Below, one piece after another: positions 51,895 through 59,512 of a stretch of DNA of 64,000 nt. Origin of the DNA: Bdellovibrionales bacterium (GTDB lineage Bacteria; Bdellovibrionota; Bdellovibrionia; Bdellovibrionales; JAMPXM01); contig JADJOF010000007.1 in assembly GCA_016713885.1 (NCBI GenBank), forward strand, positions 175,206-239,205. The letters run 5' to 3'. Position 1 is the first letter of the stretch, and each line of letters starts with the position of its first letter. The notes below the pieces were generated by a model, which was not told where the DNA came from, searched no databases, and saw only the letters and a program-made list of their open reading frames with translations. The translations under genes and the position numbers were made by a program.

Positions 51895-52151
51895 TTCGAT
51901 GCCGACAAAGGCCCCGCGACTTCCGGCTGAGCGCCGACGCTGTATCGGATCTTTTCGGCAAAGTTTCCCTCTTTCATCGCGACCGAACGAATGCCAAAGA
52001 ACATCGCCTCTTCAAGCTTCGTCTTAAAGATCGCTTTCTCTCGACCTTCGGGCATGATCTTGAGCACAGCTTCAACTGCCTCAGTCATGATCATCTTGAT
52101 CGCCTTCACTTCATCGAAGCCTTTGTCGTTCAGTTTGTACGTTTCAAACAT
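51891..52151 (-). CDS. Hypothetical phage protein
   Basis: 86 aa. Confidence 0.4.
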   Translation of the reverse strand: MFETYKLNDKGFDEVKAIKMIMTEAVEAVLKIMPEGREKAIFKTKLEEAMFFGIRSVAMKEGNFAEKIRYSVGAQPEVAGPLSASK

Positions 52152-52470
52152 GACTTGCTCCTTTTGATTGCAGTTGACGAATAACCCGAATCATCTCCCT
52201 AACTTTTCGCGCCTCATCTATTGGAAGTGTAGACGGCTGTGAGTCGAGATGACAGTTTTTAAACTTCTTTCCGCTGTCACACGGGCATGGCTCATTTCGT
52301 CCGTAGCCTAGAAGCGGATTCCATTCCGTTCCTGGATTTGGCGTGTAGTGATACTTCGCTCCAGACAGAATTTTCTCTCTGTTCTCATTGGCCTCTTTTT
52401 GCATCTTTTGGACGATAGCCCGATGCCTGAGACCAACGATAAACGCGATGATGAACTTGATAAGCTTCAT
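52144..52470 (-). CDS. Membrane-anchored protein with a SEC-C metal-binding motif
   Basis: 108 aa. N-terminal TM segment LIKFIIAFIVGL. CPCDSGKKFKNCH motif. Confidence 0.5.
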   Translation of the reverse strand: MKLIKFIIAFIVGLRHRAIVQKMQKEANENREKILSGAKYHYTPNPGTEWNPLLGYGRNEPCPCDSGKKFKNCHLDSQPSTLPIDEARKVREMIRVIRQLQSKGASHV

Positions 52471-52473
52471 ATT

Positions 52474-53934
52474 CTACCCCATCCAACTGCCGCCGTTGCC
52501 AAAGTTCGACAGCTCTTGATGTTCTTTCGCTCTTGATTTGCCAGTGACCGGCACTGCAAAACTCAGAGCCAAAGCATCGGCTCTGTTTGGACTTGGCAGG
52601 CCGCGCGCCTTCATGTCTTTCTTCGACTCAAGCTGAAGCTTCCCGTCCATTCGTGGCACTGTTTCAGGCCCGGTGAGTTCCATGTGGAGCTTGTTGTCGC
52701 CGTTGATTGAGCCGCCTTCTTTGAGCCAATCGCGCGTGAGCTTCCACATTTCAGCCCGTTTATTGAGACATCCCTCGTCATTCGGCGCACCTGAAAACCA
52801 AATCAAATGCCAATTGCGACGCATGGTTTTGCCGGCCGAGACGATGCCAGTTCCATAGCCTGCATCAACGATCACAGCGTCGGCTTTCTCTTCGTCTTCG
52901 ATCGAGGCGATAAGCGACGCCATTTGAAGGTCATTGTCGTTCTTTGGAATCGTGCGCATGATCTTAAACGACAAGCCTTGCCTCATGCCTATCACGAACT
53001 CATCGTCACCTTCCCACGCAGGATCGACAGTGATGATCTTAGGCGCAAAGTCGAACTGCTTTGTCTCAAGCTTTAGCGAAAGTGCTCGGTCAGCATCCTC
53101 TGTCGAAATGAATTGCTTCATCGACATATTCGGGAACAGCCCGCGAACGCGAACCTTCACAAAGTCAGAGTCTTCGCCGTAGTCTTCAACCCACTTCTGG
53201 ATCTGAGCCTTATTTGTACCTTTGACAGTCCTGGAATCGATCTGCCACGTCCGCCATCGATGGCGAAGCCTGCCGAAACAGTCCTTAAATCGCCCGGTGT
53301 TTCTCGTTGGGTTTCCGAATGCGATCCAGACGATCTCGGTCTCTTCGTCGGTGAGAGCGCCTTCTGTCACATCCCAGACCTTATCTGAGATCGCCGATGC
53401 CTCATCGAATATGACGATGATTCTCTTTTTCTTGTTGTGAAGACCGGCAAACGCTTCAGTATTGTTGTCAGACCACGTCACCTGATCGGCGCGCCAAGTC
53501 TTCTCATGCCCCGTCTCGATTGAATGAACGGCCGTTGCTGTTGTTTTAAACCAGTGTGATGTGATCGATCGCCTGGTCCAAGTTGTGAGCTCTGGCCAAG
53601 TCTTAGTCCTGAGCTGCGTTTCAGTGTTCGCGGTGATCACGACCTTGCAATCTTCACAAGTCGAAAGGCCCCAATTGACGATGATTGAAATGAGCGCTGA
53701 TTTCCCGATCCCGTGACCTGAGGCAACGGCTAAAAGCAGCGGCATGAATCTAGTTTCAGTATTTTGAAGATGCTCGTCGATTGCGCACAAGACTTCGTCT
53801 TGCCATTCTCTTGGCCCGTCTTCTTGGTCTAGTTCAGCCTCGCCCCATGAATACGAGAAACGCGCAAAGCCGCGCGAATCGTGAGTGAACCGCGCCATCT
53901 CCTCGATGAGCTCAATCTCTGCGTCATTCGCCAC
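52474..53934 (-). CDS. terL: Terminase large subunit
   Basis: 486 aa. Walker A-like VASGHGIGKSALI. Walker B IIVIFDEASAI. C-terminal nuclease region with acidic residues. Confidence 0.8.
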   Translation of the reverse strand: MANDAEIELIEEMARFTHDSRGFARFSYSWGEAELDQEDGPREWQDEVLCAIDEHLQNTETRFMPLLLAVASGHGIGKSALISIIVNWGLSTCEDCKVVITANTETQLRTKTWPELTTWTRRSITSHWFKTTATAVHSIETGHEKTWRADQVTWSDNNTEAFAGLHNKKKRIIVIFDEASAISDKVWDVTEGALTDEETEIVWIAFGNPTRNTGRFKDCFGRLRHRWRTWQIDSRTVKGTNKAQIQKWVEDYGEDSDFVKVRVRGLFPNMSMKQFISTEDADRALSLKLETKQFDFAPKIITVDPAWEGDDEFVIGMRQGLSFKIMRTIPKNDNDLQMASLIASIEDEEKADAVIVDAGYGTGIVSAGKTMRRNWHLIWFSGAPNDEGCLNKRAEMWKLTRDWLKEGGSINGDNKLHMELTGPETVPRMDGKLQLESKKDMKARGLPSPNRADALALSFAVPVTGKSRAKEHQELSNFGNGGSWMG

Positions 53935-54457
53935 GGACGCGCTTTCTGGCCTTCGCCAATCGATCAGAGATCGTGACTGATCCGCTGACCTCGACCTTGT
54001 CTGTGAGAAGCTTCAAATGCCTTGCGAGAATCTCAAGCGACTTCGGCTTATCCCAGAACTTCACCTCGCGGACTTCGCCGATCTTCACTCTGTCGGCGCC
54101 GAATCCTTCGAACTCCTCAAAGACCTTGACCCCGGACATCGCGCGCCTGGTGTCTTCTGGTATTTCATGGATCGGCTTGAGTCTGCCTTGCTCATCGTAG
54201 GCCCCGGAAAGATCAGCCGTTGCGATTCGCATGAGTTCTTTTAGGACATTGTCGGCGGTGATGTTGGTTCGCTTTGAGCGTTTGTCCATTTCGGCTTGGA
54301 TTGCGGCCGCTACTTCTGGTTTCTTGAGGTTTTCAGAGCCAATTTTTTCAGCGGTCTTCTCTGAATACTTCGCCCTGATCGCCGCCTGCGTCGCATTAAG
54401 ATCGATGAGGTACTCTTCAACAAAGCGTTTCTGTTTGGGCGTGAGGTCGCTTGCCAT
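53924..54457 (-). CDS. terS: Terminase small subunit
   Basis: 177 aa. LTPKQKRFVEEYLIDLNATQAAIRAKYSEKTAEKIGSENLKKPEV is typical of Terminase_2-type small subunits. Confidence 0.7.
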   Translation of the reverse strand: MASDLTPKQKRFVEEYLIDLNATQAAIRAKYSEKTAEKIGSENLKKPEVAAAIQAEMDKRSKRTNITADNVLKELMRIATADLSGAYDEQGRLKPIHEIPEDTRRAMSGVKVFEEFEGFGADRVKIGEVREVKFWDKPKSLEILARHLKLLTDKVEVSGSVTISDRLAKARKRVRGE

Positions 54458-54480
54458 GGCTCAATTGTCCACGTCTTAAA

Positions 54481-54509
54481 TGTTTACTCTATGTTTACGT
54501 TGTGTTTAC
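54481..54509. promoter_or_regulatory. Three TGTTTAC repeats at exact 11-bp phase in the terS / RHH divergent intergenic region
   Basis: TGTTTAC at 54481-54487, 54492-54498 and 54503-54509. Confidence 0.5.
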
Positions 54510-54550
54510 TTTGTCCCTAGATAGGCTCTTGCTGTGATGAGGGGGCTCTC

Positions 54551-54766
54551 GTGGGAAAGAATCAGTCAGCCAATGAATTTGACTTCAACCAGATCAAAGA
54601 ATTCGACATCAATGACCGACTGATCACGATTCGCGTCCCTGACGAGTACAAGACGAAGTATGACATCATCCAGGCGATGTCTCGAAAGCGCTTCGCCGAT
54701 CACCTTCGGCAGCTTATCGTTGCGGCAATCGACCGCGTTGACCTTGATTCAACCAAGGCTTGTTAA
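54551..54766 (+). CDS. Ribbon-helix-helix (Arc/Mnt/CopG-like) DNA-binding protein
   Basis: 71 aa. Beta-strand LITIRVPDE followed by two helices (YKTKYDIIQAM, RKRFADHLRQLIVAAI). GTG start with a GAGGGGG RBS. It is the only plus-strand gene between 33 and 61.6 kb. Confidence 0.45.
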   Translation: MGKNQSANEFDFNQIKEFDINDRLITIRVPDEYKTKYDIIQAMSRKRFADHLRQLIVAAIDRVDLDSTKAC

Positions 54767-55201
54767 GTCAACCCCGAAAGCCTTAAGTGCGGCCATACAG
54801 ATCACGTGAGGCGCAGATTCTCCAGATTCAAACTCCAGGTAGGCGTCTGGACCGACTGTCCACAGAGAGCGGCCATGCCACTTGCGATCAAAGCAAGCGA
54901 ACCAGTCTTTTACAGTGTCGGTCGGCGAGTAGAGTGAAAAGCAGTCGCTGTTAGATACTGGATCGCGCATCTTTTTGACCACTTCCCACGCTGCGGCGAT
55001 GTCCGTGGAATATGGCGCTGGAAATGAACACTCATCTCCGATCCAGAAATCATGCGATGTTCCTTCACATCCGCACTTTGGTCCACATCTACGAAGATGT
55101 TCATACTCGCTTTGCGAAAGCCCTTCGTCAGTCGCTCGCAGGACTTTGCATCCGAAGACTTTCTCGGCGACGAGCACGTCTAGTTCTATTCCTGTTTTCA
55201 T
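54749..55201 (-). CDS. Phage ABA-sandwich-domain-like protein
   Basis: 150 aa. LDVLVAEKVFG.. and PYSTDIAAAWEVVKKM. Confidence 0.4.
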   Translation of the reverse strand: MKTGIELDVLVAEKVFGCKVLRATDEGLSQSEYEHLRRCGPKCGCEGTSHDFWIGDECSFPAPYSTDIAAAWEVVKKMRDPVSNSDCFSLYSPTDTVKDWFACFDRKWHGRSLWTVGPDAYLEFESGESAPHVICMAALKAFGVDLTSLG

Positions 55202-55530
55202 TTCAAAGCCTCCCTCATTAGCGCGCCGAGCAAGTACGCATGCGGCTCGTCGTTCATTGGATCAAACTTGTAGCCTCGCTCGGACAGCATCCAGTTAGTC
55301 ACATGCAGACACTCGTGAGCTACAATTGATGCGTCTTTGGAAATTGTCCAAATCAAGTACCGACTTTCGTCACCACGATCCATAACTAAAGCTCTGCCTT
55401 TCGCCGCTCCGATGTTCGCGCTATGTCCATATGTTTTTAAAACATACTTCTCGAAATCAGCAGGCTTCCAGCCAATGAAGAAATAAAAGTTCTGCCGCCA
55501 TGTCGGGCAGTAGTACCACTTCGGCTTCAT
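55198..55530 (-). CDS. Small putative zinc metallopeptidase-like protein (HExxH)
   Basis: 110 aa from MKPKWYY (ATGA coupling). VAHECLHVTNW contains HExxH. Confidence 0.35.
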   Translation of the reverse strand: MKPKWYYCPTWRQNFYFFIGWKPADFEKYVLKTYGHSANIGAAKGRALVMDRGDESRYLIWTISKDASIVAHECLHVTNWMLSERGYKFDPMNDEPHAYLLGALMREALK

Positions 55531-55748
55531 CGCCTCATCTCCTCGCACCAACGGTCGTACTCTTGCCACTGTCGCATGGTCAGCGTTCCCATCGGCACAT
55601 CAGAGACAGCGGGGTCAGTGAGCAGCAACAGTGCTTTGAGCTTCTCGACCTTCATCTCTGCGATCTGCGAGCGCTTCATGTACTCGCCCCATTTGAGGAA
55701 GTTGTACTGGCTTTCGCGGACCTTTGCTTTCCAGCCTGTGTCGCTCAT
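55527..55748 (-). CDS. Hypothetical phage protein
   Basis: 73 aa. Confidence 0.4.
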   Translation of the reverse strand: MSDTGWKAKVRESQYNFLKWGEYMKRSQIAEMKVEKLKALLLLTDPAVSDVPMGTLTMRQWQEYDRWCEEMRR

Positions 55749-55978
55749 TGTGGTAGCTTCTCCACTCGGTATTGATTCCCATCTAAGACAAACGGTCGAC
55801 CGCTAGACAAGAGCGCCTCAATTTTAACCCGACGGCTCATCTCCTCAAACCTAGCACGGCGAAACTCATCAATCTGTGCCTTGGTGTCCATAAACTTGCT
55901 ATCTCTAAACAACGAAAAACCAATAAAAAATCCATTAGTTACAACGTAAAATGTTGCTAGATGCTCTATGTAGCTCAC
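55745..55978 (-). CDS. Hypothetical small membrane protein
   Basis: 77 aa. Hydrophobic segment ATFYVVTNGFFIGFSLF. Confidence 0.4.
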   Translation of the reverse strand: MSYIEHLATFYVVTNGFFIGFSLFRDSKFMDTKAQIDEFRRARFEEMSRRVKIEALLSSGRPFVLDGNQYRVEKLPQ

Positions 55979-56325
55979 GCCTCACCTCTCTCGATTTCTG
56001 CGATTTCTGCTTCAAACTTTTTAATTTTCTCTTTGTACTTAGCCAAAGATTGGCCGTGATGTCTGTCCGCTGCTCGATTTCGTTGTTCTGTTAACTTCTC
56101 AATCACCTTCGCCTGCTTGGCGATGGTCTGTTCATCTTGAAGGCATTGATTATCAACATCTCGAAGGATTCTCTTTAGTTCCTCAACCTCCGCCCTCAGC
56201 TTAGCAACGATGCTGTCGTGCTTCGGAGCTTGTATGAATTCAGCTCCCGCCACAAATCCGCCAAGCTTGCAGCACATTGAGGCTATTTCTCCTGCTGTCC
56301 ACAGTTTCGGCTCATCGTTATTCAT
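55975..56325 (-). CDS. Coiled-coil protein
   Basis: The start MNNDEPKLW at 56325 is ATGA-coupled. Confidence 0.4.
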   Translation of the reverse strand: MNNDEPKLWTAGEIASMCCKLGGFVAGAEFIQAPKHDSIVAKLRAEVEELKRILRDVDNQCLQDEQTIAKQAKVIEKLTEQRNRAADRHHGQSLAKYKEKIKKFEAEIAEIERGEA

Positions 56326-56585
56326 TGTCGACCACCTCTTGTGATTAAAAATACAAATCCGATTCCGCACGACACGACAAAGAAGCTAACAAAAATAAGA
56401 CCGAAGTCGATCCCGCCGCTCTCTTGAACAACAGCCGGGTCAGTAAGAACAGCGCGGCTTTCAGATACGAGCGTGCCAGTATCGAAGAGCAGTTTCCCGT
56501 TCTTCGTCTTATGAATGACCGACTTGTATTCGTATGTTCCTGGCTCAAGGTTGCGCGGGATATCGATGATAATTTGATCGGTCAT
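56322..56585 (-). CDS. C-terminally membrane-anchored small protein
   Basis: The start MTDQIIID at 56585 is ATGA-coupled. C-terminal TM segment LIFVSFFVVSCGIGFVFLI. Confidence 0.4.
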   Translation of the reverse strand: MTDQIIIDIPRNLEPGTYEYKSVIHKTKNGKLLFDTGTLVSESRAVLTDPAVVQESGGIDFGLIFVSFFVVSCGIGFVFLITRGGRQ

Positions 56586-57031
56586 GGCTTGGTCTCCATA
56601 GCGTCGTGACCGCACAATGGCTTACTGCACTCATCAAGCAATTCACCTAGCGTGCTAGTTTTTACCTCAACAGCTTTTCCCGATGAAGTATCAAACCATT
56701 TTTCACAGCCGCAATCACACTGGCGAATATTTTCCGGCATCTTTCCGAATGTGAGCTTATTTTGAATTATCTCTCTGTCGTGATATATCTTGCCGCGAAC
56801 AAAGCTCATCCCTGCCCCGCAATCTCGTCTCTCCACATAGACGGTTGAGTGCTGAGCGAAATGCTTCCAAAAATTGGCACATTCAAACTCAGATACCCAT
56901 AGCCGTTCGTTGAATCGTAGTGCAGCTTTGGCAACACAAATAACTTTCGCGGCAGTGAGTACCATATCGACCATCGCCACGTTATAGAATCGGGATGATG
57001 GTACGCCGCCACGACATACGATCCTCGACAA
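56582..57031 (-). CDS. Cys-rich (zinc-finger-like) protein; the 5' end is possibly displaced by a frameshift
   Basis: CDCGCEKW and CSKPLCGH motifs. An ATGA-coupled start at 57111 in another frame suggests the true gene is 56582-57111. Confidence 0.4.
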   Translation of the reverse strand: MSRIVCRGGVPSSRFYNVAMVDMVLTAAKVICVAKAALRFNERLWVSEFECANFWKHFAQHSTVYVERRDCGAGMSFVRGKIYHDREIIQNKLTFGKMPENIRQCDCGCEKWFDTSSGKAVEVKTSTLGELLDECSKPLCGHDAMETKP

Positions 57032-57107
57032 TTTGTTTTCTTGAATAGATGAACCGCGTAAATAAGCTTTCTGACTTTCAATTTCAGTTCGTCATGCTTG
57101 GAATTAC

Positions 57108-57404
57108 TCATCCCTTCCCCACAATCTCGTCGAGTTCTTCATCATCTTCGTCTGACCACTCTTCTGCCGGCCCAATCCAATGATCAACGTCGCCATTTTG
57201 CACGCTCTTGTATGCGTGCGAGCGCTGCTCCTTCAGCTTCTCGATTATCGCGAGGAGCTTCGGAACTGCGTCTTCGACATAGAATTGATACTCGCCGGAC
57301 TCCCAACATAGTAGCGCTTGAGTGTCATGACCGAAGTCATCCGACCGCTTCACGACTTCGCTTCGCTCCTTCACCTGCTTCAAAAACTCTTCATGCTTCG
57401 CCAC
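57108..57404 (-). CDS. Hypothetical acidic protein
   Basis: 98 aa. C-terminus EEWSDEDDEELDEIV. Confidence 0.4.
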   Translation of the reverse strand: MAKHEEFLKQVKERSEVVKRSDDFGHDTQALLCWESGEYQFYVEDAVPKLLAIIEKLKEQRSHAYKSVQNGDVDHWIGPAEEWSDEDDEELDEIVGKG

Positions 57405-57642
57405 GTTTCACCGCCTCTCTATACATGAGCACAGCGAGCTGCCGCGCTAGTTGTGACTCGAAGTCATATTCAAACATCTCCGGCAGCATTATTGAGGTGT
57501 CTACAAAGTCCGCATAATGAAGGAGGGCGCTATCACCACAGTATTTCTCAACGGCGGTGCATGAATACCTATGAGGTCCTTGAACCCGTAGACTCTCAGC
57601 CGCACGCATGAGCCTGTCGAGTCGTTCACGCTTAGTCATCAA
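57391..57642 (-). CDS. Hypothetical phage protein
   Basis: 83 aa. Confidence 0.4.
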   Translation of the reverse strand: MMTKRERLDRLMRAAESLRVQGPHRYSCTAVEKYCGDSALLHYADFVDTSIMLPEMFEYDFESQLARQLAVLMYREAVKRGEA

Positions 57643-58129
57643 GCACCTCTGTCAAATTCAAATTAGCAAACTCTCCGAAAAGGTTTCTTGCCGCCGCGTC
57701 ATATGCCTTCGCTGCGTCTTCTCTTTGCTCGAATAACCCTAAGTTAAACCTGTCCCCATTGTGCGTGATGATCGCACGCCATTTGTTACGAACTGCATAG
57801 ACGCCCTTGATTCCAGAAGTGCTATTCAGGTACTTCCGCTTGTTCATCATGTTTTGCGCGCTAGAGCATACCCTCAGGTTTGATCGGCGGTTATTCAACC
57901 CGTTCCCGTCTATATGATCCACCTGGAGTTTTGATTCGGTGACTCCGAGAATTAACCTGTGCAGTCGGATCGTCTTCTGTTTTCCGTTCTCATATATAGA
58001 AGTTCCAGCGTAAGACGAACGGGGAGACTTCATCACATACCAAGCATGTTTTCTCACGAGGTCAAAATCAGCCTCATCGATCAGTGTGACCGCACCTTTT
58101 GTAAGTTGAATTTCCATCGGCTTATTCAT
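57632..58129 (-). CDS. HNH homing-type endonuclease with an AP2 DNA-binding domain
   Basis: LHRLILGV..QVDHIDGNGLNNRRSNLRV (HNH_3-type). IKGVYAVRNKWRAIITHNGDRFNLGLFEQREDAAKAYDAAA (AP2). Confidence 0.75.
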   Translation of the reverse strand: MNKPMEIQLTKGAVTLIDEADFDLVRKHAWYVMKSPRSSYAGTSIYENGKQKTIRLHRLILGVTESKLQVDHIDGNGLNNRRSNLRVCSSAQNMMNKRKYLNSTSGIKGVYAVRNKWRAIITHNGDRFNLGLFEQREDAAKAYDAAARNLFGEFANLNLTEVLDD

Positions 58130-58424
58130 TTTCTAAACTCTCGATAAACTTCACGCACGCGATGCGGTCCTTGCAGGCGTTCTTGTCGGCAAACTCTTTC
58201 GAGTCGTAAAGTTGAATCACATGATGGCCGTCGATCGTTTTATTGTATTCATTGCCCCACAGCACTCGCGGCTCGCGCTTCTCTTTCCACTCGCCGAAAA
58301 CCATTTCGTATGACCAGTCCCCAATTGAGTCAGAATCGAACTCGTCCTTGTCGAACGCAAGGCCATTAGGGCCAATCACCGTCTTGCCAGCCATCGCCGC
58401 TTCTCTTGCTTCAATTATGTTCAC
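58122..58424 (-). CDS. Hypothetical phage protein
   Basis: The GTG at 58424 behind a GAGGAG RBS is preferred over the ATG at 58466. Confidence 0.4.
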   Translation of the reverse strand: MNIIEAREAAMAGKTVIGPNGLAFDKDEFDSDSIGDWSYEMVFGEWKEKREPRVLWGNEYNKTIDGHHVIQLYDSKEFADKNACKDRIACVKFIESLENE

Positions 58425-58594
58425 CCTCACTCCTCTCAAGTGCCCCGTTTTGCCGGGGCCACGCATTCGCCGATTCCTGGATCTGACGGGCGACCTCGCC
58501 TAATTACGCATAGCCAGTTTGCGGAGGGTTTTGTATCCGAACTTTTCACCCTCATTCTGTTCGCAAGCGGCTCGGACAGAATAAAATTTTAAAA

Positions 58595-58762
58595 GACCTC
58601 TCCGCCCGTGCCCCGCGCGACTGTGGCCATGACGCTTCATAAGTCGGGACGTCATCGACGCTCACGTCATCCGTTCTTGCTCGTGCACTTCTCTAGTGGC
58701 ACCTCGGCCCGACCAATCGGGCTGGCACTCCACAGCTTCCAGTGCTGACGAGCGGGGAGGTC
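58595..58762. other. 168-nt nested-hairpin element in a 340-bp coding gap (candidate small RNA or origin)
   Basis: Closing helix GACCTCTCCGC (58595-58605) / GCGGGGAGGTC (58752-58762). Internal hairpins GCCCGA-CCAA-TCGGGC (58707-58722) and GCACT..AGTGC (58725-58745). TGACG repeats. Flanked by the AT-rich AATAAAATTTTAAAA. Confidence 0.3.
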
Positions 58763-58766
58763 AAAA

Positions 58767-59177
58767 TCATTCAACAGATTGGGTTTCAGACTCAGACGCG
58801 CAGTGAGCGTAACCTCCGCTTGGAACTGCCACTTGCCGACTGAAAGACTTGATCACAGTCGGATTTCTAAACGCGGCCATTGCCAGCTCTCGGATCTCTC
58901 TCGAGATACACTTCTGCGACTCAAGCTCGTACTTCAGTTTCTCGATCTCGAATTTTCTTTTTACATCAGCAGCGTCAGATATTTCTGTCTCAGCTTTTGC
59001 AATCTTGCTCCGAACAGATGAAAGATCTATTTCAAGGCGATTGTTTTTCTCTCTTAAAACGCTGTTTTCTGAAAGCACGGCGTCGTACTTACTGGCTTTC
59101 TCGAGGTCTTTTCTCAAGACTTCCATTTGCATTGATGGCAGCGACTTCTCGATTGCATCCATTATTTCTTTTGTCAT
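58767..59177 (-). CDS. Coiled-coil protein
   Basis: 136 aa. GGAGGAAGA RBS. Confidence 0.45.
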   Translation of the reverse strand: MTKEIMDAIEKSLPSMQMEVLRKDLEKASKYDAVLSENSVLREKNNRLEIDLSSVRSKIAKAETEISDAADVKRKFEIEKLKYELESQKCISREIRELAMAAFRNPTVIKSFSRQVAVPSGGYAHCASESETQSVE

Positions 59178-59186
59178 TCTTCCTCC

Positions 59187-59294
59187 TCAGTTAAACTTCA
59201 AAACCAGATTCGCGAATCCAACCCACACGCCAACGCCGAATGCGAAGAGTGCGGCCCAGATCAATTTAAAAATAAAGTTGTCAAAAGTATTCAT
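59187..59294 (-). CDS. Unlisted 35-aa single-TM ORF (MNTFDNFIFKLIWAALFAFGVGVWVGFANLVLKFN)
   Basis: The ATG overlaps the upstream TGA (ATGA at 59291-59294). Its stop lies just before the RBS of the next gene. Confidence 0.4.
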   Translation of the reverse strand: MNTFDNFIFKLIWAALFAFGVGVWVGFANLVLKFN

Positions 59295-59512
59295 CCCAAC
59301 ACCAGCGCAGCTTCACCGACTGTGTATCTCGATTTATTAAGCCAAGACTTCGCTTGATTGCAGAGTACCTTCACTGCGTAGTGACCGTTTCTGTCTGGCC
59401 CGTTTAGTATTTCAACCGGAACAGGTGCCGTTGCTATCGGATGCCCGTAGCATTTGGCTCTTGCTTTGACTGGCTTCCAGATTGCGCGTGTGCCTTTCTG
59501 AAATGTGCTCAT
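59291..59512 (-). CDS. Hypothetical phage protein
   Basis: 73 aa. Confidence 0.4.
   Translation of the reverse strand: MSTFQKGTRAIWKPVKARAKCYGHPIATAPVPVEILNGPDRNGHYAVKVLCNQAKSWLNKSRYTVGEAALVLG

Noticed and set aside
54481-54509. A CRISPR-like or other long repeat-spacer array (also checked at 51856-51894, 61650-61670 and 28184-28205)
   Set aside because: The repeats are only 6-10 nt long, present in 2-4 copies with 11/22-bp periods, and no cas genes are present. They are treated as protein-binding or slippage repeats.
57391-58766. A group I intron hosting the HNH-AP2 endonuclease
   Set aside because: No split host gene could be reconstructed from the flanking small ORFs, and the endonuclease is translationally coupled to its neighbours. 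The nearby structured gap is reported separately, without calling it an intron.
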